A stretch of 64,000 nt of DNA from a bacterium (lineage in GTDB: Bacteria > Pseudomonadota > Alphaproteobacteria > Caulobacterales > Caulobacteraceae): assembly GCA_030824495.1 (NCBI GenBank), contig JAVBXP010000042.1, forward strand, positions 11,331 to 75,330, in the 5' to 3' direction. How positions within the stretch are numbered: the stretch's first letter is position 1; each line of letters opens with the position of its first letter. The position numbers and the translations under genes are program-made. The notes below the pieces were generated by a model. It was given only the letters and a program-made list of their open reading frames with translations, was not told the DNA's origin and searched no databases. Below are positions 9,887 to 17,723 of this stretch, piece after piece.

Positions 9887-12157
9887 ATGACCAAACTTAA
9901 AACTACAAGGCAGCGCACGCGCTTGCTTGGAGCCACGGCCCTGGGCTCAGCCCTGCTGGCCGGCGGCGGGACCGCTTGGGCTCAAGAGAGCGGTCCGCAG
10001 GTTGAAGAGCTCGTCGTCACGGCGCTGAAGCGCTCGACCGTTCTTCAAGACACGCCAATCGCCATCTCCGCCGTCACCGGCGAGACCCTGGCCAAGATGG
10101 GCGTCGACAACATCAGCGACTACGCCAAGGCGGTGCCCGGCCTGACCCTGGTCGATGGCGGCCCCGGCGCGCGGCGCATCGTGATCCGCGGCATCCAGGG
10201 CGCCGGTGAAGCCCAGGTCGGCGTCTATTACGACGAAGTCCCCGTCGGCGGTTCGCCCGGCACCACCAGCGACAGCGGCGCGCGGTCGCCTGATCTGAAG
10301 ATGTTCGACGTCCAGCAGGTCGAAGTGCTGCGCGGCCCGCAAGGCACGCTGTACGGCTCCGGCTCCATGGCCGGCACAGTGCGCGTGATATTCAAGAAGC
10401 CCGTCTACGAATATGAAGGCGCGGTCGAGGGCAACATCTTCTCCACCAACGAAGGCGGCATGGGCTACGAGGCCAACGCCATGGTCAACGTGCCGTTGGT
10501 CGAGGACAAGCTGGCCGCGCGCGCGGTCCTGTTCTACCGCGAGGCCGAAGGCTATGTGGACAACACCTATCTCGGCCTGAAGAACGTCAACGACGAAACC
10601 ACCTGGGCTGGCCGACTGCTGGTTCGCTTCGAGCCGACCGAGAACCTGACCATCGATGCGGCGGCCTTCGTCCAGCGCACCGACGGAGCGTCCTCGCTGG
10701 TCAGCGTCAGGGCAGGCGACTACGTCTCGACCGCCCGCGCCGAACTGCCGCTGTTCGATGACTACAACATCTACAGCCTGACCGGCCGCTGGGACCTCGG
10801 CTGGGGCACGCTGACCGGGGTGACCTCGAAGTACTCGCGTAGCCAGCTGCAAACCACCGACGTCAGCAACTTCATCAGCAACCTGCGCAACAACCCCGCC
10901 CTCTGCGCGTCGCGCAACGGCGGCCTGCCTTGCGGCCCCGGCGAGTTCGCGACCTACAACGCCTATGTGAACACCCACACGCCCAGCACCCTGCACCAGC
11001 CGCAGGACGTCGACACCTGGACCAACGAACTTCGCCTGTCCTCGAACGGCGACGGCGCGTTGAACTGGACCGTCGGGCTGTTCTCCGAAGACCGCGACGC
11101 GTTCATCCTCAGCCAGCAGCAAGGCGTCGATCCGGCCACCGGCATCGCCTATTCGCCGGCGCGCATCTCGACTGTCCGCACCATCGACGACAGCCTGAAG
11201 CAGACTGCCGCCTTCGGTGAAGGCTCCTATGAGGTCACCGACAAGCTGACGCTGACGGCCGGCGCCCGCTACTTCAAGTATGAGAAGAAGATCGTCGGCG
11301 AGACCACCATCGGTCTCGACCTGATCGGCGCGCGCGTGACCCCGCCGACCACCGTCTCCTCCAAGGAAGACGGCTGGGTGTTCAAGTTCAACGCCTCCTA
11401 CGAGTTGAACGACGACATCATGGTCTACGCCCAGGCCGCCGAAGGCTTCCGTCCGGGCGGCGCCAACCAGGTCATCGGCCTGCCCGGCGCGTTGACCCCC
11501 TATTCGTCCGACAGCCTGGTCAACTACGAGATCGGGGCGAAGACGGCCTGGTGGAACAACCGCCTGACCCTGAACTTCGATGTCTACCAGATCGACTGGG
11601 ACAACATGCAGGTCAGCGGCCGGACGCCGAACGGCGCCTTCTCGTTCATCAGCAACGCCGGCGCCGCCCGGGTGCGCGGGGCCGAGATCGAAGCCTTCCT
11701 CAACCCGATGACCGGTTTGCAGCTTCAGGCCAACGCCAGCTTCAGCGACGCCAAGCTCGTCGAGGACCAGATCAATCCGGACGTCAACGCGCCGGGTCGT
11801 GAAGGCGACCGCATCCCGTACATCCCGAAAGCCACCGCCGGCGTGGCGGTCCAGTACACCTGGCCGCTCAGCGACACCCTGGACGGCATGGCCCGGCTCG
11901 ACGCCAACTATGTCGGCTCCAGCTATTCGGAATTCCGCCCGAACAACGCCTTCAGGCAGAAAATCCCTGACTACACCCTCGCCAATGTCCGCGTGGGCGT
12001 AGAGGCGGATGAATGGGCGGCCTATCTCTACCTCAACAACATCACCGACGAACTGGCCTACGTGCTGAAGAGCCAGAGCGCGATCAGCGCCGGAACGATC
12101 AACGGCATCACGGTGCGTCCGCGCACCGTCGGCATGAGCTTGAACAAGAAGTTCTAG
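9887..12157 (+). CDS. TonB-dependent outer-membrane receptor
   Basis: Signal peptide ending AWA-Q; TonB box (VEELVVTA); plug motif VEVLRGPQGTLYG; C-terminal RPRTVGMSLNKKF. Confidence 0.95.
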   Translation: MTKLKTTRQRTRLLGATALGSALLAGGGTAWAQESGPQVEELVVTALKRSTVLQDTPIAISAVTGETLAKMGVDNISDYAKAVPGLTLVDGGPGARRIVIRGIQGAGEAQVGVYYDEVPVGGSPGTTSDSGARSPDLKMFDVQQVEVLRGPQGTLYGSGSMAGTVRVIFKKPVYEYEGAVEGNIFSTNEGGMGYEANAMVNVPLVEDKLAARAVLFYREAEGYVDNTYLGLKNVNDETTWAGRLLVRFEPTENLTIDAAAFVQRTDGASSLVSVRAGDYVSTARAELPLFDDYNIYSLTGRWDLGWGTLTGVTSKYSRSQLQTTDVSNFISNLRNNPALCASRNGGLPCGPGEFATYNAYVNTHTPSTLHQPQDVDTWTNELRLSSNGDGALNWTVGLFSEDRDAFILSQQQGVDPATGIAYSPARISTVRTIDDSLKQTAAFGEGSYEVTDKLTLTAGARYFKYEKKIVGETTIGLDLIGARVTPPTTVSSKEDGWVFKFNASYELNDDIMVYAQAAEGFRPGGANQVIGLPGALTPYSSDSLVNYEIGAKTAWWNNRLTLNFDVYQIDWDNMQVSGRTPNGAFSFISNAGAARVRGAEIEAFLNPMTGLQLQANASFSDAKLVEDQINPDVNAPGREGDRIPYIPKATAGVAVQYTWPLSDTLDGMARLDANYVGSSYSEFRPNNAFRQKIPDYTLANVRVGVEADEWAAYLYLNNITDELAYVLKSQSAISAGTINGITVRPRTVGMSLNKKF

Positions 12158-12167
12158 TCGGCCTTCA

Positions 12168-12213
12168 CCGTTCACGCGGCGGCCTCGCCCGCCGCGTGAA
12201 CGGCTCCCTTTTT
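12168..12213 (+). terminator. Rho-independent terminator
   Basis: 15-bp stem CCGTTCACGCGGCGG/CCGCCGCGTGAACGG followed by CTCCCTTTTT. Confidence 0.75.
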
Positions 12214-12300
12214 CCACATTCTTCGACCTTCGCCTCCACCCCGGAGTGGAGCGCCCCGGCTCGCCTAGGCGCCGGCATTTCCCAGTAGGAGTCTCGTCCC

Positions 12301-13623
12301 TTGAAGATCAGCTCGCCGCTCCGCGCCGCGGCCATGGCCTCCGTTGCGGCCCTGGCCCTTGTCGCCGCACCCGCCCAGGCCAAGGACGTCGTCGTCCATG
12401 CCGGCCGGCTCATCGACGGGGTCGGCAAGCAGCCGCGGACCCAGGTCTCCATCCGCATCACCGACGACAAGATCGTCGCCGTGGAGTCCGGCTTCGTTAC
12501 GCCGGCCGGCGCCGAGGTGATCGACCTCTCGCGCGCCACCGTCATGCCGGGCTTCATCGACAGCCACACCCATATCCAGTCGCAGAAGCCCAAGGGCGAC
12601 CCGATCGCCCGCAAGCTGACCCGCACCAGCCTGGACTCGGCGCTGTCGTCCACGGTCAACGCACGCAATCTGCTGCTGGCCGGCTTCACCTCGATCCGCG
12701 ATGTCGGCGGCGGCGGCGGGGTGGACGTTGCGCTGAAGCGCGCCATCGACGGCGGCCAGATCGTCGGTCCCCGGATGTGGGTGGCGATGGAGCCGCTCGG
12801 CCCGACCGGCGGTCACTCCGACCCCACCAACGGCCTGGACCCTGATCTGGACCACCCGGGCTGGGGCCACTCGGTGGTCGATGGTCCAGATGAAGTCCGG
12901 AAGGAAGTGCGCGCCCACCAGAAGCGCGGCGCCGACCTGATCAAGATCATGCCCAGCGGCGGCGTGCTCAGCATCGGCGATGATCCGAACCACGAACTGA
13001 TGACCGCCGAAGAGGTCAAGGCGGCGGTCGAGACAGCCCATAGCCTTGGCCTCAAGGTCGCAGCCCACGCCCATGGCAAGACCGCCATCGACATGGCGGT
13101 GAAGCTGGGCGTGGACTCCATCGAGCACAGCTCGTTCGCCGACGCCGAAAGCTACAAACTGTTCAAGCAGCACGGGACCTATCTCGTCCCCACCTTGCTG
13201 GTGGCGTCGAACTCCCTCGAATTGGCCCGCACGCACCCTGAACTGATGAACCCGTCGGCCGCGGCCAAGGCGATGGTGGTGGTGCCCCAGACCCTGCGCA
13301 ACTTCGGGGAAGCCTATCGCGCCGGGGTCAAGATCGCCTTCGGCACCGACACCGCCCTGGGCGAGAACGGCAAGGAGTTCGCCCTTATGGTTAACGCCGA
13401 CATGCCGGCGATGGAGGCGATCCTCTCGGCCACCCAATCAGCGTCCGATCTGCTGGGCGCCGCCGACAAGGTGGGTTCGGTTCAGCCCGGCCGCTTCGCC
13501 GACCTCGTCGCCGTCAATGGCGATCCGCTGGCCGACATCACCGAACTGCAGCACGTCGATTTCGTGATGAAGGGCGGCGTGGTCTACAAACAGGACGGCA
13601 AGGCCACCGTCGCCTCCAACTAA
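12301..13623 (+). CDS. Secreted metal-dependent amidohydrolase (Xaa-Pro dipeptidase-like subfamily)
   Basis: Signal peptide (APAQA-K); PGFIDSHTH, IKIM, AHAHG, IEH, FGTD metal ligands; TTG start with AGGAG upstream. Confidence 0.88.
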   Translation: MKISSPLRAAAMASVAALALVAAPAQAKDVVVHAGRLIDGVGKQPRTQVSIRITDDKIVAVESGFVTPAGAEVIDLSRATVMPGFIDSHTHIQSQKPKGDPIARKLTRTSLDSALSSTVNARNLLLAGFTSIRDVGGGGGVDVALKRAIDGGQIVGPRMWVAMEPLGPTGGHSDPTNGLDPDLDHPGWGHSVVDGPDEVRKEVRAHQKRGADLIKIMPSGGVLSIGDDPNHELMTAEEVKAAVETAHSLGLKVAAHAHGKTAIDMAVKLGVDSIEHSSFADAESYKLFKQHGTYLVPTLLVASNSLELARTHPELMNPSAAAKAMVVVPQTLRNFGEAYRAGVKIAFGTDTALGENGKEFALMVNADMPAMEAILSATQSASDLLGAADKVGSVQPGRFADLVAVNGDPLADITELQHVDFVMKGGVVYKQDGKATVASN

Positions 13624-13678
13624 AGCCAGCCCGCCGGCGCAGCCTACCGCGCCGGCGGCTCTCCACATTCGAGCTGTC

Positions 13679-14458
13679 ATGAAGTCCGTCCGGATCGCCG
13701 CCGCCCAGACGCTCGAATACCGCGAAGACATCGGCGCGGCGCTCGCCGCCGCATCCGACTTCGCCGCTCAGGCCGAGGCCAAGGGCGCCTCCATGCTGGT
13801 CTTCCCAGAAGGCTTTCTCCAGGGCTACCTGACGCAAGAGGCTCCGGCCCGGCGCAACGCCCTCGACCTCGCCTCCCCTGCATTCGCGGACGTACTTGAA
13901 CGGTTTCCGAAGACCGGGCCGATGATCGTCATGGGCATGATCGAGGTGGAGAACGGGCGGCTCTACAACACCGCCGTCGTGATGCAGGGCCGCGCCCTGA
14001 TCGGCCGCTATCGCAAAGCGCACCTGCTCGGCGGCGAGCGGATATTCGATGCGGGGCGGGAAAGTCCGGTCTTCGAGGCTGACGGCCTGCGGTTCGGCGT
14101 CAACATTTGCTACGACATGAACTTTCCGGAGGCGGCGCGGCAGGTCGCCGACCTCGGCGCTTCTCTCATCGTCGGCCCAGCCAACAACATGCTGCAGCGG
14201 GAAACCGCAGAGATCTGGAAGGATCGACACAATCTGGCCCGTGGCGAACGCTGCCGCGAGACCGGCCTCTGGTTGGTTTCCGCCGACATCGTCGGGGCTC
14301 GCGATGGGAAAATCTCTTGGGGTCCGACCGCCGTCCTGAATCCTTCCGGCGAGGTCGAGGCTCAGTTGCCCCTGGAACAGCCTGGCTTGCTGGTCTTCGA
14401 TATCCCCGACCGCCTATCGGCCCCTTCGAGTTCAGTGAACACTGAGCCAAACGGCTGA
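13679..14458 (+). CDS. Carbon-nitrogen hydrolase (nitrilase superfamily)
   Basis: Catalytic triad motifs VFPE, YRKAHL, NICYD. Confidence 0.9.
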   Translation: MKSVRIAAAQTLEYREDIGAALAAASDFAAQAEAKGASMLVFPEGFLQGYLTQEAPARRNALDLASPAFADVLERFPKTGPMIVMGMIEVENGRLYNTAVVMQGRALIGRYRKAHLLGGERIFDAGRESPVFEADGLRFGVNICYDMNFPEAARQVADLGASLIVGPANNMLQRETAEIWKDRHNLARGERCRETGLWLVSADIVGARDGKISWGPTAVLNPSGEVEAQLPLEQPGLLVFDIPDRLSAPSSSVNTEPNG

Positions 14459-14693
14459 TTTTCCCGACTGCGATGCAAAATATCGGGCACGCCGATTCTC
14501 CAGGCGGCGGGCAAATACATCAACAACAGGTTCAATTCCGGTCGCGCGATTCATCAGGCGAAACCCGCGGTTTCGCCATCAATAAAAACCCGGAGACAAC
14601 TTCGACCGGTAGAATCCAGCGTCAGGCTGAATGCTTGACCATGGGCGGCAATTCAGTAACGGTAAGGAAATATTTACCTCGGCACTGAGGAAA

Positions 14694-15809
14694 ATGACCG
14701 TGCGAATAGCCGTATTTCTGATCATCAGCGCCTCTTTCTTCGCCACAACAGCGGTCCAGGCGCAGGTTACAGGCGTGGTCACCCACACCAGCGCGACCGT
14801 GGAATTCAGGCCCGGCGCCGACGGCTCGAAAACCATCCATGAAGTGTTGGGGCCGCAGATCGATGGCTCGCTTGGGAGCCGTAGTTGGGGTTCAGGCGCC
14901 AGCTTCGCCGCCACCTCCCGTGTCGAACCGAACTTCGTTGAATTCCAGAATGGCAACGCCGCCGGCGGGACCTTCAGCTACGTCGTTTCGCGGACCCTGG
15001 TGGACATCAGCTTCACCAATGACGGCCAGATGGCGGTCACGCCCAGCCTGCTCTCAACCATCACGCCGGCCGGGCTTGGGGTGTTCACGGACGCGCAATG
15101 CCTCAACAATCTCAACACCTGCTCGGCGCTGGCGCCCAACGTCGTGGACAGCCGCAACTTCCTGGACTTCAAGCCGGGCGCCGCTGAGGACATCGCCGGC
15201 GCCTCGTTCTTCTTCCGCATCACCGGCGACGGGCAGACGCTCTATGAGCTCCAAGGCAGCCTGGGCCTCGTCTACGATCCGGCCAGCAATTCCAACATCC
15301 TGGTCAGCGACCTGGATGATGCGGCGGGTGCCCTCTCCGGCTTCCGGATGGTGTCGACGCCGGGAGACCTGAACGAGTTCAGCTTCGTCTGGGACGCCAC
15401 CGACATAGATGTGGGCTTCCCTGCCGGCACATTGCTGCTGCCGGGCGAGTCCTCGACGCTTACCTACGAGACGGTTGTGCAGTCCTACTCGCGTAGTGGA
15501 TGCTTCGAGATTCAGAACGGCGCCTGCGTGCTGTCCTATTCGTCGTTCGGCGACCCGATCGGGCGCGGCGGCACGTCCCGGCCTCACCTGCGCCAAGCCT
15601 TTGCGGCCGGTCCCGGCCCAAGCGACGATATCGAGTTCGACCCCTTCCGGTTTGAGTATCCGACCTTCAAGGACGGGGTGGTATCGTTCCGGCTGCTGCC
15701 GCTTTCGGCGGTTCCCGAGCCGTCGACCTGGGCCATGATGATCGTCGGCTTCGGATTGATCGGCGCGGCGGCGAGGCGGCGTCGGCGGACGGACCCGGTG
15801 ATGGTCTAG
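14694..15809 (+). CDS. PEP-CTERM (PEPxxWA-type) sorted surface protein of unknown function
   Basis: Signal peptide MTVRIAVFLIISASFFATTAVQA; C-terminal VPEPSTWAMMIVGFGLIGAAARRRRR; GAGG RBS before ATG 14694. Confidence 0.88.
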   Translation: MTVRIAVFLIISASFFATTAVQAQVTGVVTHTSATVEFRPGADGSKTIHEVLGPQIDGSLGSRSWGSGASFAATSRVEPNFVEFQNGNAAGGTFSYVVSRTLVDISFTNDGQMAVTPSLLSTITPAGLGVFTDAQCLNNLNTCSALAPNVVDSRNFLDFKPGAAEDIAGASFFFRITGDGQTLYELQGSLGLVYDPASNSNILVSDLDDAAGALSGFRMVSTPGDLNEFSFVWDATDIDVGFPAGTLLLPGESSTLTYETVVQSYSRSGCFEIQNGACVLSYSSFGDPIGRGGTSRPHLRQAFAAGPGPSDDIEFDPFRFEYPTFKDGVVSFRLLPLSAVPEPSTWAMMIVGFGLIGAAARRRRRTDPVMV

Positions 15810-15825
15810 CGGGCGCGCCCGTCAC

Positions 15826-17712
15826 TTGGCGCCGCGATACAGCGCATTCCTGAGCTACAGCCACCGCGACAAGGCGGTGGTGGTTTGGCTGCATCACACG
15901 CTGGAAACCTATCGCGTCCCCTCCAAGCTGGTGGGCCTTGAAACCCCCCTTGGGATCACGCCGGCCAGGCTGCTGCCGCTCTTTCGCGATCGCGACGAAC
16001 TGCCGGCTTCCGATGATCTGAGCAGCGCAATCACTGCAGCGCTGGCCGCCTCGCAGTTCCTGGTGGTGATCTGTTCTCCGGCGGCGGCGGCCTCCCGGTG
16101 GGTCGATCAGGAGATCCTGTCCTTCAAGCGGATGCACGGCGAGGGCCGGATCTTCGCCTTGATCGCCAGCGGCGAGCCCTTCGCCTCGGCGTCTCCGGAG
16201 ACGGCCGATCAGGAGTGCTTCCCGCCCAGCCTGCGTTTCCGCATCGGCCCGGACGGAGAGCTATCCAACGAACCGGCCGAGCCGATCGCCGCCGACATCA
16301 GGCCCGAAGGCGACGGCAAGCGGCTGGCGAAGCTGAAGCTGGCCGCTGGCCTCCTAGGGGTCGAGCTCGACGCCCTGGTCCAGCGCGAAACCCACAGGCG
16401 CATCCGCCGTATGGCGATCATATCGTCGGCTGCGGTCGTCGGGATGATCTTCGCCGTCGGCCTGGCCTTCTACGCCAACGCCAGGCGGATAGAAGCCAAC
16501 CAGCAACGCCAAGTCGCCGAGCGAGAGTCCGCTACCGCGCGCGCCACAGCCGACTACCTGGTCGACACCTTCCGGCTATCCGAACCCTCGACGCAGAACC
16601 CCCGGACGATCACCGCGCTCTCGATCCTGGATCGAAGCGCCGAACGCGCCCGCACCGAGCTGGCCGACCAGCCCGTGGTCCTGGCCCGCCTGATCTCCAC
16701 CCTAGGGATGGCCTACAACAATCTAGGCCTGGCCAATGAGGCGCGTCAGGCGATCGAGGGTTCGGCGCCGGCGATCGCCAAGGCGGGGGCGGACGGCGCC
16801 GACGCCCAACTGACGCTGGCCGGCACCTACCTGATGCTGGGTCAACTGGACCGGGCGATGACCACGGTCGCCAAGGCGCAGGCCACGCTGGGACCAGATC
16901 CCGCCAACCGGCCGGACGTGCGGGTGAGAGCCGCCGTCACCGAGGGGATGATCCACGCCGCCGCCGGAGAAACCACAAAGGGCATCGCCGCCTTCGACCG
17001 CGCCTTGGCCGTTTACCGCACGTCGCCTGCGATCAATCCGGCCCGGTTGGCGACGGTGCTGCAGGCGCGCGGCAACCTGCTGTCGGACGACGGCCAGTTC
17101 GCCGCCGCCGAGACCTCGCTGGGCGAAGCGCTCAAGCTCAACCGAAGCACGCTGGGCGACCACCACATGGAAACCGGTCAGACCTGGTTCGCCCTGGCCC
17201 AGAACGCCTTCCTCGCCGGCGACCTGCCGCTGGCCGAGACGCGGATCGCCAACGCCCTCAAGATCGAACGCGAGGTGCTCGACCCCGACAATCCGATCAT
17301 CGCCGACGCGCTTTCGATGCAGGGCCAGATCTATCAGGCCCAGAAGCGGCTGGTGGAGGCTGAGCGGTCGCTGGAACAGGCTGTGGCGATCTACAAGAAG
17401 GCCTTCGCCGGCCCGCACTATCTGATCGGGATCGCCGAGGTCTATCTCGCCCTCGTCGAGTCCGAACGCGGCCGCACCGAAATGGCGCTGCGAATCCTCG
17501 ACGACGCCAAGCACAATTACGACGTCAGCTACGGCAGGATCCACCCCAATCACGGCGACCTGTTGGTCAACCGGGCGACCATCCTGGCCAGAGCCGGACG
17601 CCGCAACGAGGCCCGCGCCGATTGCGCCGAGGGCCTGAAAATCCTGGCCCAGACCATGGGGCCGCAAGCCAGCTACACCAGATCCATGACGGCGGTCTGT
17701 GCGCAGATCTGA
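15826..17712 (+). CDS. TIR domain - single TM - TPR repeat protein
   Basis: AFLSYSHRD...FRDRDEL...SQFLVVICSPAAAASRWVDQEI (TIR, Glu96); one TM at about aa 196-217; long TPR array (LGMAYNNLG, TWFALA, LLVNRA); TTG start. Confidence 0.88.
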   Translation: MAPRYSAFLSYSHRDKAVVVWLHHTLETYRVPSKLVGLETPLGITPARLLPLFRDRDELPASDDLSSAITAALAASQFLVVICSPAAAASRWVDQEILSFKRMHGEGRIFALIASGEPFASASPETADQECFPPSLRFRIGPDGELSNEPAEPIAADIRPEGDGKRLAKLKLAAGLLGVELDALVQRETHRRIRRMAIISSAAVVGMIFAVGLAFYANARRIEANQQRQVAERESATARATADYLVDTFRLSEPSTQNPRTITALSILDRSAERARTELADQPVVLARLISTLGMAYNNLGLANEARQAIEGSAPAIAKAGADGADAQLTLAGTYLMLGQLDRAMTTVAKAQATLGPDPANRPDVRVRAAVTEGMIHAAAGETTKGIAAFDRALAVYRTSPAINPARLATVLQARGNLLSDDGQFAAAETSLGEALKLNRSTLGDHHMETGQTWFALAQNAFLAGDLPLAETRIANALKIEREVLDPDNPIIADALSMQGQIYQAQKRLVEAERSLEQAVAIYKKAFAGPHYLIGIAEVYLALVESERGRTEMALRILDDAKHNYDVSYGRIHPNHGDLLVNRATILARAGRRNEARADCAEGLKILAQTMGPQASYTRSMTAVCAQI

Positions 17713-17723
17713 AGGGGGACATC

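Noticed and set aside
7721-13437. Long antisense ORFs opposite ilvD, the TonB receptor and the amidohydrolase (607, 756, 390 aa), and similar ones elsewhere
   Set aside because: Shadow ORFs expected from high GC3 codon bias; no recognisable motifs
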